From an uncultured euryarchaeote (GTDB taxonomy: Archaea > Thermoplasmatota > Poseidoniia > Poseidoniales > Poseidoniaceae), in contig CALBIL010000038.1 in the NCBI GenBank assembly GCA_937892945.1, positions 66,102 through 130,101 of the forward strand: a stretch of DNA of 64,000 nucleotides, in the 5' to 3' direction. Both the position numbers and the translations under genes were made by a program. Positions 33,615-43,832 of this stretch are shown one piece after another. Position 1 is the stretch's first letter, and each line of letters opens with the position of its first letter. The notes under the pieces were generated by a model. The model made no database searches. It saw only the letters and a program-made list of their open reading frames with translations, and was not told where the DNA came from.

Positions 33615-33860
33615 ATGCTCATGGGCGGCTCAGCGGTATGTGATTTCCTCGGATGTGGCGAAGAAGGAACTATTGTTTCTCGACTTTCACCAGAAGGTTT
33701 TCTTGTCGCTACTGGCAAAAAGGCATATTCATTCAGAGAAGCATACCGACGATTTCACTACTGTGGCAATCACCATGATGAATTGATGGGTGGAGTTTGG
33801 TCACGGGTTCGCAAACCAGAAGATAAAAAAGAAGGCCACGTTGCACCTACCGCAATTTAA
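33615..33860 (+). CDS. Small Cys/His-rich protein (possible zinc-binding), hypothetical
   Basis: 81 aa, with CDFLGC ... YCGNHH. Its stop overlaps the start of the 1397-aa gene by 1 nt. Confidence 0.3.
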   Translation: MLMGGSAVCDFLGCGEEGTIVSRLSPEGFLVATGKKAYSFREAYRRFHYCGNHHDELMGGVWSRVRKPEDKKEGHVAPTAI

Positions 33861-36800
33861 TGCGGAATAGAGAGTGTCTTAAACTACGACTCAATCCCAT
33901 GCTTATGTCCTCTCCCTTGAGTTCAACGAATCCCAATAAATCGAGTTCCATTCTCTTGGCATTGATGCTTGTCGTAACGACGCTTACTTTGTCTGCACCA
34001 AGCGTATCTGCCGTCGGTCCAAATCAAAACGATTTCGGATTATCTATGGATTTACCAGACACCATGTCAGGACTCAATTCATCCTTTGTAGCAAACCTTT
34101 CAGGATTGGCACCTGTGTATTTTCCTGACTTCGGAGAGTTCGATGTCAATGATGATGAAGACTGGCTCGCAGTTAACCTTTCAGCCTATGAAGGTTTAGC
34201 CCTGGAACTTTCCTTTAATTCAACATATACTTCAGCCAACGGAACAACGTATTCCAATGATTTTGATCTTGCAATCTATGATGCGAATGGAAATTTTATC
34301 GATGAATCATATATGTACAACCCCGAGTCTGTAAGCACAAATAATTCAGCAACTCCACATGGAGGGACTGTTTTCATCCAGATGTCTCGTTATGACGGGT
34401 ATGGATTCTATACGCTTGAACTCTGGACATTCAGCACCTCAACAGGCAACGGTACTGGTGGCAATAGTAGCGGAGGAAACGCAATACCAAGCCCATGTAC
34501 TGGGAACGGTACTGCACCGGACATCTTAGAACCCAATGATTCACCTGCGACTGCGACTGTAGCCTCATTATTGCCGGTTATCTGCACTGGATTAAGTGTC
34601 GAAATAAGTTCTGCTGGAGTTGCCAATGATGATTATTACGAAATACAAATGATCAGTGGAGTCACCTACTACTTCAATTTGACATTCTATCATTCCAATG
34701 GCGATGTTGATGCAACTTTACAAGATGCTTCTGGAAATTCTCTTTCTTTCAATAATTTCGCGAGTATGTCTTCTTCATCAGATAATGAAGCAGCGTCATA
34801 TACTGCTGCATCAAATTTCACAGCATACTTCAAAGTGTATCATTACTCATCATTTGGGTCTGTTGGAGTTATTGCGAATACATATGCCGTCTCAATCACT
34901 ACAAACTTACCAGGCGGTGGGCAAAGTTTTCAGTCCGTCACCGTGACCATGAATGGAACAACTGATTCAATGCTTGAATTCACGGGATTGACCGTTGGAG
35001 ATTCCTATCTTTATAATTATTCAAATGTTCAGTTTTTCTTGAATGGTACTGAAAGTTGGTCTGCGCCAACCAATTCCACCCTCAATGCAACAGCAACGAC
35101 CATGCTTGCCAATGCGACATCGGCAAGCCCGCTTATGGAAGAATCGGATTACTGTTCTATTTCGGTCTTGAAAGACGCCATAGGAGCAATGATCGATGAA
35201 GATCGAGATTGTATCTACATCGAAATGCTCGAAGCTTACGTAACCTCTTCAACAACAGGGGAAATATATGCAACAAACCTCAGTACATACACCGGTTATA
35301 CAGTATGGTGGCTTGTCTATGATATGGTCGAATTCGATAACAATTACACGACTTCGATGGATGTCGATATGGCACTCGCAGCATCAATGATTGACCAAAT
35401 GAACGTCACGTTCACTACCAGTACGGCCACATCTGAATCGTGGCAAATTACATGGAATGGACCAACGACCATGAATGATCACGGGTTTGTTACTTTCCTT
35501 TCTTACAATAACACTCTCGTTAATCTGACTTCCAATGAAGGATTTATTGGCGTTCATGATGATGATTTCACCCCACAATTGCCGACCATGTTGATCGATT
35601 CTTATTCAACAAGTTCAACTTCAGCCACCAATGATGTCATGGTCAAAGGCAGCGACCTTGTTACAGGAGACGATTACAAATATCAAATCTTAGTCACTGA
35701 TAGTGCAGGTGCATCGTTGGCTACTTCAACCCTCAGTACCTTTACTGCAACAGCACAGAACATGAGCATGCCAACATTTACGTATGCTACACCAAACATG
35801 AGTGGTATTTACTGCGCAGTCGTCAATCTCTACTCGGCAGCAAGCGTTCAATTGATCGGCGACAGTGATTGTTTCTCACTGACCATCGATGATGATAATG
35901 ATGGAGTTGCCAATGAATACGATCTATGTGCCAACACAACTGCTGGTGCTTCGGTCGACATGGATGGTTGTGAACTTTCTCAGAAAGATTCCGACGGTGA
36001 CGGCTACAACGATATGGTTGATGATTTCCCTTACGACAGCAGCCAATATTCAGATATGGATGGCGATGGGTATGGCGATGACCCAACTGGTAATTCACCC
36101 GATGCTTTTCCGCTTGACAGTTCCCAATGGGATGACCAAGATGGTGACGGCTATGGAGATAATCTAAACGGCAACTCATCCGATGCTTTCCCTTACGATT
36201 CAACACAATGGGCAGACCAAGACGGTGATGGCTACGGAGATAACGCCGCAGGAAATTATGCTGATGAATATCCTACCGATTCAACGCAATGGGAAGATAC
36301 AGATGGTGATGGATTCGGTGACAACCCAACGGGCACCAACGGTGATGCTTTCCCTACGGATTCATCTCAATGGGCAGACCAAGATGGTGATGGGTATGGT
36401 GACAATCCAACTGGAACCACTCCTGACCAATTCCCTACTGATTCAACCCAATGGACCGACACCGACGGTGATGGCTACGGGGATAACCCGACAGGAAACA
36501 ACGGTGATGCTTTCCCTGCAGATGTAACCCAATGGGCTGACGAAGATGGCGATGGCTACGGAGATAACCAAGCAGGCACCAACCCGGATGCTTTCCCAAT
36601 GGACGGGACTCAATGGGAAGATGCCGATGGTGATGGATACGGAGATAACCAAAATGGAAACATGGCTGACCGATTCCCTACTGAACCAACACAATGGTCC
36701 GATGCAGATGGAGACAGCTATGGTGATAATCCAAACGGCGATACTCCAGACCATTGTTTGAACACACCCGCAGGTCAATCCGTTGATTCAATGGGATGTT

Positions 36801-38053
36801 CAGAACAACAGAAAGACGATGATCTCGATGGAGTCAGTAATGACCTCGATGCATGTCCAATGACCCCTGCAGGTGAAAACGTCGACCCTACAGGATGTTC
36901 AGGCTCTCAAGAAGACGGCGATAATGATGGAATCATGGATGCATTCGATGCTTGTCCAATGACACCACTTGGCTCTTCAGTCGATAGCGCAGGATGCGCC
37001 GATATGCAACGAGATACTGATGGAGATGGGATTAATGACCAACTCGATGAATGCCCAACGACCACACCGGCAACTTTGGTCAACGGCATTGGCTGCTCAT
37101 CTGCTGAACGTGATACTGATGGAGATGGTGTCAATGACATTGATGATTTTTGCCCAATGACTGTGGACGAAGATGAGGTAAATGACGATGGGTGTTCAAA
37201 CGCTCAGCGGGATGATGACAATGATGCAATCATGAACGATGTCGATGAATGTCCAGATACTGAACTCGGTCTTATAACGGACGCCTCTGGATGTGCTGAC
37301 AATCAAAAGGATGCTGATGACGACATGATTGATGATACCATTGACACCTGCCCTGCAACGCCTTCAGGCGAGCAAGTCAATCCAGAAGGTTGCGCTGAAT
37401 CTCAAATTGATGAAGACAATGACACAATTAAAAATCACAAAGATTTGTGCCCTGATTCAGATGAATCGCACGGTGTTGATCTCGATGGATGCTCAGAGTA
37501 TCAAAAAGACGATGATGAAGATGGAGTCAAGAATGTTGATGATGACTGCCCTCTCTCACCTATTGGTGGAATTGTTTTCGACGATGGATGTGCTTTGACA
37601 CAGATGGATACCGACCAAGATGGAATTAATGATGCTGAAGATGATTTCCCATTAGACCGTAACGAAACGACAGATACTGATGGAGATGGAGTTTCAGACA
37701 CCTATGATTACTATCCCGAAGATGCTGCACGCTCAGAACAGGACACAGAAGACGGTGGAGGCGGACTTGTTTACGCAATTCTTGCCCTCCTAGCACTCTG
37801 TGGCCTTGGTGCACTGCTCGTTGTTCGAAAGAGCCAAGAATCTGTTGTTGAGAGTTCACCATTTGCAACTCAAAACTATACAGATACTGCTACTGACGCA
37901 CACATGGGAACCGAAGCGTCAAAGGAACTCCCCGTAATTGCAGAAGAACCTCAACAATGGGAAGAAGCCGGTGTCAATTGGTCGAAAGCTGCTGATGGAA
38001 GTTTATCGTATTACGATACTGCATCGAGTTCTTGGGTCCCTTACGAAGGTTAA
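33860..38053 (+). CDS. Giant surface protein (1397 aa): signal peptide, N-glycosylation-sequon-rich beta domains, two blocks of thrombospondin-type-3-like Ca-binding repeats, C-terminal TM anchor
   Basis: N-terminal hydrophobic leader. Many N-x-S/T sequons. 27-aa DGDGYGDNPxG...DAFPxDSTQW repeats, then C-P-x-T-P-x-G-x-x-V-D-x-x-G-C Asp-rich repeats. C-terminal LVYAILALLALCGLGALLVV plus RK. Confidence 0.85.
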   Translation: MRNRECLKLRLNPMLMSSPLSSTNPNKSSSILLALMLVVTTLTLSAPSVSAVGPNQNDFGLSMDLPDTMSGLNSSFVANLSGLAPVYFPDFGEFDVNDDEDWLAVNLSAYEGLALELSFNSTYTSANGTTYSNDFDLAIYDANGNFIDESYMYNPESVSTNNSATPHGGTVFIQMSRYDGYGFYTLELWTFSTSTGNGTGGNSSGGNAIPSPCTGNGTAPDILEPNDSPATATVASLLPVICTGLSVEISSAGVANDDYYEIQMISGVTYYFNLTFYHSNGDVDATLQDASGNSLSFNNFASMSSSSDNEAASYTAASNFTAYFKVYHYSSFGSVGVIANTYAVSITTNLPGGGQSFQSVTVTMNGTTDSMLEFTGLTVGDSYLYNYSNVQFFLNGTESWSAPTNSTLNATATTMLANATSASPLMEESDYCSISVLKDAIGAMIDEDRDCIYIEMLEAYVTSSTTGEIYATNLSTYTGYTVWWLVYDMVEFDNNYTTSMDVDMALAASMIDQMNVTFTTSTATSESWQITWNGPTTMNDHGFVTFLSYNNTLVNLTSNEGFIGVHDDDFTPQLPTMLIDSYSTSSTSATNDVMVKGSDLVTGDDYKYQILVTDSAGASLATSTLSTFTATAQNMSMPTFTYATPNMSGIYCAVVNLYSAASVQLIGDSDCFSLTIDDDNDGVANEYDLCANTTAGASVDMDGCELSQKDSDGDGYNDMVDDFPYDSSQYSDMDGDGYGDDPTGNSPDAFPLDSSQWDDQDGDGYGDNLNGNSSDAFPYDSTQWADQDGDGYGDNAAGNYADEYPTDSTQWEDTDGDGFGDNPTGTNGDAFPTDSSQWADQDGDGYGDNPTGTTPDQFPTDSTQWTDTDGDGYGDNPTGNNGDAFPADVTQWADEDGDGYGDNQAGTNPDAFPMDGTQWEDADGDGYGDNQNGNMADRFPTEPTQWSDADGDSYGDNPNGDTPDHCLNTPAGQSVDSMGCSEQQKDDDLDGVSNDLDACPMTPAGENVDPTGCSGSQEDGDNDGIMDAFDACPMTPLGSSVDSAGCADMQRDTDGDGINDQLDECPTTTPATLVNGIGCSSAERDTDGDGVNDIDDFCPMTVDEDEVNDDGCSNAQRDDDNDAIMNDVDECPDTELGLITDASGCADNQKDADDDMIDDTIDTCPATPSGEQVNPEGCAESQIDEDNDTIKNHKDLCPDSDESHGVDLDGCSEYQKDDDEDGVKNVDDDCPLSPIGGIVFDDGCALTQMDTDQDGINDAEDDFPLDRNETTDTDGDGVSDTYDYYPEDAARSEQDTEDGGGGLVYAILALLALCGLGALLVVRKSQESVVESSPFATQNYTDTATDAHMGTEASKELPVIAEEPQQWEEAGVNWSKAADGSLSYYDTASSSWVPYEG
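35990..36757 (+). repeat. Coding tandem repeat, ~9-10 copies of an 81-bp (27-aa) unit (TSP3-like, DxDGDGYGDN)
   Basis: Period verified by counting one unit from gatggtgatggg to accgacacc (81 nt). Successive units are 70-90% identical. Confidence 0.7.
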
Positions 38054-38094
38054 TCCCGATTTGAAACACGACTCATTAGAGAGAAGTCTCATCA

Positions 38095-38580
38095 ATGACG
38101 AATCAATCGAGTTGTTTGATGCAACGGCGGGTCCTTTTAATGCGACATGCCAAAAGTGGCTGGAGTGATACTTCACTTCATGATCATCAAAGACCCCTTA
38201 ACCCGAGAGGAGTAAGGGATGCACCGCGGATTGCACACGCCTTACAACGTTTAGAATGGACTCCAAGTCACGTCTATGTCAGTGATTCCAAGCGTACATT
38301 ATCGACGCTCGAAGGCATGAAAACAATTTTTGGAGATCTGAAGATACACATAATGGAAAGTCTCTATCATTCACCAGCAATTACGATTCTTGAATGTATA
38401 CAAAAATCCAAGCAAGAGGAAGTCACTCTCATCCTCTCACACAATCCTGGAACAGAAATGGTGTTGTATCAACTTACAGGGGTACTACATGAAATGCCAA
38501 CAGCAGCCTGTGCTCTTCTTGTTGAACAAGGTGGAAAGTGGCATTGCCAACATGTACTACGTCCAAAAGAACTTGATTAG
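38095..38580 (+). CDS. Histidine-phosphatase superfamily protein (SixA-like phosphohistidine phosphatase)
   Basis: N-terminal VLLMRHAKSGW is an RHG-type motif variant. 161 aa. Confidence 0.5.
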   Translation: MTNQSSCLMQRRVLLMRHAKSGWSDTSLHDHQRPLNPRGVRDAPRIAHALQRLEWTPSHVYVSDSKRTLSTLEGMKTIFGDLKIHIMESLYHSPAITILECIQKSKQEEVTLILSHNPGTEMVLYQLTGVLHEMPTAACALLVEQGGKWHCQHVLRPKELD

Positions 38581-38798
38581 TATGAATCAGAAATCGGGCA
38601 TGTACTGTGGCCCAATACTCGATAAATGTAGCAATTTCCGGAAATAGCATTGAATAAAAGGGAGCCTGCAGCTGCCAGGAGACCCACTGTGACGATGGAA
38701 GAGGGTTCCAAACTGACCGTTAGAATAATCAGTATTGTACCGATGATAGCACGTACTTTTCGGTCCTTACCGCTTTGATTCGTCACGATAAGTTCCAA
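38577..38798 (-). CDS. Small 2-TM membrane protein (DUF2892/YgaP-like?), downstream of gdhA
   Basis: 73 aa. RKVRAIIGTILIIL pattern. 13 nt after the gdhA stop. Confidence 0.35.
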   Translation of the reverse strand: MELIVTNQSGKDRKVRAIIGTILIILTVSLEPSSIVTVGLLAAAGSLLFNAISGNCYIYRVLGHSTCPISDSY

Positions 38799-38810
38799 AA
38801 TGTCACTTCC

Positions 38811-40166
38811 TCAAACAACGCCATGTGCCATCATTGCTTCTGCGATTTTCAAGAAGCCTGCAACGTTCGCTCCAAAAACATAGTCGCCAGGGCGGCCATA
38901 CTTTTCGGCTGTTTCAGCAGCGTTCTTGTGAATATTAACCATAATGTTGTCCAGTTTTGCATCGACTTCTTCACGAGTCCATCCATATCGAAGTGAGTTT
39001 TGAGACATTTCAAGACCAGAGGTAGCAACGCCACCTGCATTACTTGCTTTGCCTGGAGCAAACATAACACCGCTCTTTTGGAACACTTCAACTGCCTCAG
39101 GTGTGCACGGCATGTTGGCACCTTCTGCCACAGCAATCACATTGTTATCCACGAGCATTTGTGCTTCAGCACCGTTCACTTCGTTCTGTGTTGCACATGG
39201 AAGAGCGACATCAACATTGACACCCCAAAGACCGTTTGAGGATGGTTCAGGCGCAGATGCTGTAAAGGTGCCACTGGTAAATTTAGAAGCGTATTCTGAA
39301 ATTCGCCCACGGCGATTATTCTTCAGATCCATAATCCAAGCCAATTTCTCTCGGTTGATTCCTTCTGAATCATGAATGAATCCACTGGAGTCAGACATGG
39401 TCATTGGAATTCCACCAAGGTCAAGCACTTTTTCACAAGCGAATTGGGCAACGTTACCCGAGCCAGAAAGAGAGACTGTAGCACCTTCGAATGACTTGCC
39501 TTTCGTGGCAAGCATTTCACGAGCAAAGTAGACTAAACCGTATCCAGTTGCTTCTGGTCGAATCAATGATCCACCATATGAGCGACCTTTTCCTGTTAAG
39601 ACACCTGCCTGAAACTCATTTCGGAGTTTTTTATACATTCCAAACATGTAACCGATTTCGCGACCACCGACGCCGATATCTCCGGCAGGAACGTCACAGT
39701 TATGTCCGATATGTCGCCAAAGTTCCATCATAAACGATTGGCAAAAGCGCATAACTTCACTATCAGACTTACCCTTTGGATTAAAATCTGCACCACCTTT
39801 TCCGCCACCCATTGGAAGGCCTGTCAAGGAATTCTTGAAAATTTGCTCAAAAGCAAGGAACTTCAAGATGGAAGCATTCACCGTTGGATGGAACCGAAGT
39901 CCACCCTTGTAAGGGCCGATAGCGCCATTAAATTGGATGCGGAATCCACGATTCACTTGAACGGCTCCTGCATCGTCGACCCATGGAACTCGGAAATGGA
40001 TAAGACGTTCTGGTTCTACAACTCGTTCAACGATTGAGCGGTATTCTGGGTGAGCTTCGATGACAGGTTCCAGCGACTCTAAAACTTCCCAAACAGCCTG
40101 ATGGAATTCAGGTTGATTCGGATCTCGGGCGACCACGGATTCATAAATCTCTTTTGTTACACTCAT
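38811..40166 (-). CDS. gdhA: Glutamate dehydrogenase
   Basis: LPMGGGKGGADFNPKGKS Glu/Leu/Phe/Val dehydrogenase signature. 451 aa. Confidence 0.9.
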   Translation of the reverse strand: MSVTKEIYESVVARDPNQPEFHQAVWEVLESLEPVIEAHPEYRSIVERVVEPERLIHFRVPWVDDAGAVQVNRGFRIQFNGAIGPYKGGLRFHPTVNASILKFLAFEQIFKNSLTGLPMGGGKGGADFNPKGKSDSEVMRFCQSFMMELWRHIGHNCDVPAGDIGVGGREIGYMFGMYKKLRNEFQAGVLTGKGRSYGGSLIRPEATGYGLVYFAREMLATKGKSFEGATVSLSGSGNVAQFACEKVLDLGGIPMTMSDSSGFIHDSEGINREKLAWIMDLKNNRRGRISEYASKFTSGTFTASAPEPSSNGLWGVNVDVALPCATQNEVNGAEAQMLVDNNVIAVAEGANMPCTPEAVEVFQKSGVMFAPGKASNAGGVATSGLEMSQNSLRYGWTREEVDAKLDNIMVNIHKNAAETAEKYGRPGDYVFGANVAGFLKIAEAMMAHGVV

Positions 40167-40280
40167 AATAGCACCATTAACGTATGTGTTAGCCGTGCCA
40201 AAGAGAGACCCTTTCTAAGTATTACCATCAAAAGCGTTCCTCAAAGCGCTGGTTGGTAACGATAACTGTCTGAACCATAT

Positions 40281-40727
40281 TCAATATGGACATACCGTGT
40301 TGAACCGCTTTAATCGTTCAAGACGGCGAACACCATTCGAATCAATATCTGCCATGGCCTGAATGGCTTCTTCAATCATAACATGTTGGTCTTCTTGAAT
40401 ACCAATAAATGTTCGAAGTGTAGTGAGCATCGACCATTCGTCTTCAGAGATGACTTCATCGTCCAAAGCCGCAATAAGAGCTGATTGGTAAATCGTCACA
40501 TCTCCAGTATGGTGCCCAGAGTAATCGAATTCCGTTCCATCGAATGGATTGGTTTCCTCTCCACGGACAACAGCAAGGCAAAAGGCAGTATCACTCGGAT
40601 GGACACCAAGAGCAAGAGCAAGCACATGCAAAATATTTGCTTCATCATCAGTAACGATCGAATCATCCATTGCACTGGTAAGCGTTCGCAAGTAGAGGTA
40701 GAGACCTCGGGATGGTTCAAGAGCCAT
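40281..40727 (-). CDS. TerB-like (tellurite-resistance-fold) acidic protein, two half-repeats
   Basis: ILHVLALALGVHPSD and ALIAALDDEVISEDEWSMLTTL resemble TerB helix-pair repeats. 148 aa. Confidence 0.35.
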   Translation of the reverse strand: MALEPSRGLYLYLRTLTSAMDDSIVTDDEANILHVLALALGVHPSDTAFCLAVVRGEETNPFDGTEFDYSGHHTGDVTIYQSALIAALDDEVISEDEWSMLTTLRTFIGIQEDQHVMIEEAIQAMADIDSNGVRRLERLKRFNTVCPY

Positions 40728-40978
40728 GAAGTCTGCTGAAGTCTCACGTATTAGAATGTTCTACTGCGAAACAGAAGAATGACTTGTGTCAATCTATCGA
40801 AGCATGCATACGCCTGTTCCAGGAATACACATCAGAGATTCGAGTCAGGCGTTCAAAAAACTCCTCAACGAGGCACTGCTCAGTAAAAGTTAATGTAATC
40901 ACCTGTAAGTCAATATGTCATTATTCGAGTTACATTGATATACCGCCAAGTATACCCAATGGATACGGAGGACTGAGA

Positions 40979-41353
40979 ATGACAACCCCAAGCAATCTTG
41001 TATCACTACGAATTACTGAGGAAGATCTCGCACAACTCGATGCACGTGTTGGGCTTGAAGGTGCCCGTAACCGTTCGGATGTGATTCGATTGGCCATCCA
41101 ACAATTCCTCAAGGGCCAACCACTTCTCGCCGGCATGGATTCAGTGCGAATCCCTCTCGGGTATGGCGACAAGATGCTTCTTGGCCAACTCTACGAACTG
41201 CAAGGGACTACCCCCGAAACAGCTGCCCAGGAAGGGCTTTCACTTTACATAGAACAGGCCATTAAGTCCCGTTCTGAATTAACACAACAACTCGAGGATC
41301 TCTTGGTTGAAGCCAAGAGTTCAACGATACGACGCGAAGAATACCACGAATAG
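40979..41353 (+). CDS. Ribbon-helix-helix (CopG/NikR-like) DNA-binding protein
   Basis: From the ATG at 40979: LVSLRITEEDLAQLDARVGLEGARNRSDVIRLAIQQFL is a typical RHH beta-alpha-alpha motif. The track ORF begins at an upstream TTG (40784). Confidence 0.5.
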   Translation: MTTPSNLVSLRITEEDLAQLDARVGLEGARNRSDVIRLAIQQFLKGQPLLAGMDSVRIPLGYGDKMLLGQLYELQGTTPETAAQEGLSLYIEQAIKSRSELTQQLEDLLVEAKSSTIRREEYHE

Positions 41354-41695
41354 TGGGTGAGAGTGCAGGAGGGGATGGAAAATGAATTGGCAGAACGATG
41401 TTTGCGAGACTCGCGATGCCACCTTCAATGCCGTACGGGATTTGTCCAGTCCGTGCGGATTTGCCGCTTTGCGTCTGCGTGCCCGTCTTGCACGCGCTGG
41501 ACTAAAACAAAACCCAACACACCTCCCCTCGGATGACGGGCGGGGGGACTCAGATTCCACTCCAGCTTGCTAAGTTGGATGGTTCCCACGTGCTCAGGAC
41601 CCCCACATACCTGGGCACAATTATTCACAGCAGTGCAACCGCTGCAAACCAAATATCCCCCAATCCTTTAGAGGGGTCGACACTGAACCATCATT

Positions 41696-43801
41696 ATGAC
41701 AGTGGAGGAGGGTCGAGCAAAGGAAGATGTGTTTGCCTTTTTGGCCCATGAAAAGCCCAGGCCTGGTCAAATCGAAATGATCCGGGAATCGACAGAAGCT
41801 CTTCGGAGCGGTGGCTACCATTTGGCTGCAGCACCAACTGGAATCGGAAAGACGGCGGCGGCTCTCGCTGCTGCACTTGAAATCACGCAGAACTCTCCAA
41901 ACAAGAAACATGTATTTTTTCTCACTTCACGTCAAAGTCAACATCGAATCGTTGTTGACACTGTCCGTAGAATAAACCAAATGCGTGCTGGTAAAGCACC
42001 CATCTCTTTAGTCGATATGATTGGACAATCCGGAATGTGTGTCCAACCCTTTGCAAAGGAATCCTCCCTCGTGTTCTCAATGATGTGCAGTACTGCCCGG
42101 AAGACGAAATCATGTCGCCCATGGATCACCAGTGCTCCGGGATTAACCAAGAGAATCCTTGACAGCCCACTTCACGTTGATGAATTAGTAGATCTGACTA
42201 AAATCCATAGAGTCGGTGGTGAAATCACTCAGACTTGCCCTTGGAAAGCAGCGAGAGAAGCCGCAGGTCATGCGGATATTTTCGTAGGCGATTACAACCA
42301 TATCTTTGATGAAGGCGTCCGTAAATCAAGTTTAGAAGCAATGGGAGTCGCTCTTGAAGATGTTATTGTCGTTGTCGATGAGGCACACAACCTTCCGAAC
42401 AGAATCAGGATGACGATGGAAAAAATCATCACGCCTCTTATGGCCCGAAACGCAACCATGGAATTAGAAGAATACGTGGGCACACTAACGGCACATTACC
42501 TCAAATCGAACTCAGTCTCAAGCGCATTGGAACTTGATGTAGCGACGTGGGCGTTTGAAGTTATGAAAATTGCTCGGACAAAGGTCGCTGATTTATTTCG
42601 TCAACTCCACACCGATTTACCGAATAACAAGGATGAATCCCGCGTCGAAGTTTCAAGAATCTTAGAGATTCTTCACCGTTCGTGCGATGAATATGAAGGG
42701 TTGACTGGACAAAAAACATTGGCTGATAAACCTGAATTAGCGGATGTATCTGTTGAAAGGAGCCATCGATTACCGCGACTTTCCGACCTGCTCCTTCGTG
42801 TTGAAATCGATTTGGAAGCAGGAGACGATGAAGATGCAATGGAACCGGATTCTCATCGAATGGGGCATATTCTAAAATGCATCGAAACCTTTGGAGAGAC
42901 CAGTGCTTTAAGTTTGGTATTTAGTTCGAAAAAAGGCAAGGACGGAACAATTACCTCGCACCTTTTGGACCCCGGCCTTGTATCTGGCCCAGTATTCTCA
43001 TCCATACATGGCGCTATTCTGATGTCGGGAACGCTGTATCCTCCCCAGATGTATGCAGACATGCTTGATCTACCTGCTGGGAAAACTACGAAAACAGCGT
43101 ACACCTCACCGTTTGCTGGCGAACGACGACCGGTACTGGTTGCAGGTGATGTCACCACCAAGTTCAGCCAAAGAACACCAATGATGTGGGCAAAGATTCG
43201 AAATCACATTCAAGCCCTCGTCGATGGAACACCAGGGCATATTGCGGTCTTTTCAACTTCATACAGAATTATGGATGAGATTCTCGGAGAAACGAACTTC
43301 AAAGGCATCAGAAAAGTAGTTGAAAGTAGAGACTGGACAAAAAATGACATCGATTCAATTGTTGAAACTCTCCGCAGCGAGAAAGAATCAGGTCGTCGAA
43401 TCTTGCTGTGTGGAGTGATGGGAGCACGGTTGTCAGAGGGTATCGATTACAATGGTGGCATATTGGATGCAATCGTCTGTGTTGGAATTCAAAATCCACC
43501 TCCATCTGTCCTCTCAGATTCACTCAACGCCTATGCTGGAGACCGTTTTGGGAAACATAACGCTTGGCGTTATACGGTAACCCAACCGGCGATTAATACA
43601 ATTTTACAAGCAATGGGTCGCCCGATCCGCTCTGTTGGCGACCGTGCCTTGATTCTCCTTTTGGACCAGCGTCATACCGACCGAAATTACATCAGTTGTT
43701 ATCCAAGCGATTTGCGAATGAATTCAACCAATGACCCACAAACGACAGCAAGTTTTGCTCGTCGCTTCTTTTCCAAAGTCCACACCATTGAAGAAGTGTG
43801 A
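41696..43801 (+). CDS. XPD/Rad3-family SF2 DNA helicase with 4-Cys FeS domain
   Basis: Walker A AAPTGIGKTAAAL, DEAH box VVVDEAHNLP, four Cys between motifs I and II (GMC, MMC, KSC, QTC), C-terminal helicase motifs (QAMGRPIRS). Confidence 0.8.
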   Translation: MTVEEGRAKEDVFAFLAHEKPRPGQIEMIRESTEALRSGGYHLAAAPTGIGKTAAALAAALEITQNSPNKKHVFFLTSRQSQHRIVVDTVRRINQMRAGKAPISLVDMIGQSGMCVQPFAKESSLVFSMMCSTARKTKSCRPWITSAPGLTKRILDSPLHVDELVDLTKIHRVGGEITQTCPWKAAREAAGHADIFVGDYNHIFDEGVRKSSLEAMGVALEDVIVVVDEAHNLPNRIRMTMEKIITPLMARNATMELEEYVGTLTAHYLKSNSVSSALELDVATWAFEVMKIARTKVADLFRQLHTDLPNNKDESRVEVSRILEILHRSCDEYEGLTGQKTLADKPELADVSVERSHRLPRLSDLLLRVEIDLEAGDDEDAMEPDSHRMGHILKCIETFGETSALSLVFSSKKGKDGTITSHLLDPGLVSGPVFSSIHGAILMSGTLYPPQMYADMLDLPAGKTTKTAYTSPFAGERRPVLVAGDVTTKFSQRTPMMWAKIRNHIQALVDGTPGHIAVFSTSYRIMDEILGETNFKGIRKVVESRDWTKNDIDSIVETLRSEKESGRRILLCGVMGARLSEGIDYNGGILDAIVCVGIQNPPPSVLSDSLNAYAGDRFGKHNAWRYTVTQPAINTILQAMGRPIRSVGDRALILLLDQRHTDRNYISCYPSDLRMNSTNDPQTTASFARRFFSKVHTIEEV

Positions 43802-43832
43802 ACGGAATACAAATGTTGGAGGACGAAGGTTC

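Noticed and set aside
35823-36778. ORFs 35823-36206(-), 35889-36167(+), 36183-36527(+), 36443-36778(-), 36546-36761(+) with His/Cys/Met-rich or repetitive translations
   Set aside because: They are out-of-frame or antisense readings of the 81-bp coding tandem repeat of the 1397-aa gene. Their periodicity mirrors the repeat.
35990-37620. Possible CRISPR array (regularly spaced repeats)
   Set aside because: The only regular repeats in the window are in-frame coding repeats (81-bp period) inside the surface-protein genes. I saw no short palindromic repeat/spacer arrangement in noncoding DNA.
40777-40792. Inverted repeat aTGACttgtGTCAa as operator for the RHH regulator
   Set aside because: On exact indexing, only 4-bp arms pair. 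This is expected by chance.
41382-41573. 63-aa ORF in the GC-rich intergenic region
   Set aside because: The translation is Arg/Ala-rich and looks like GC-rich noise. The region is better explained as structured noncoding RNA/DNA (see the 41354-41695 finding).
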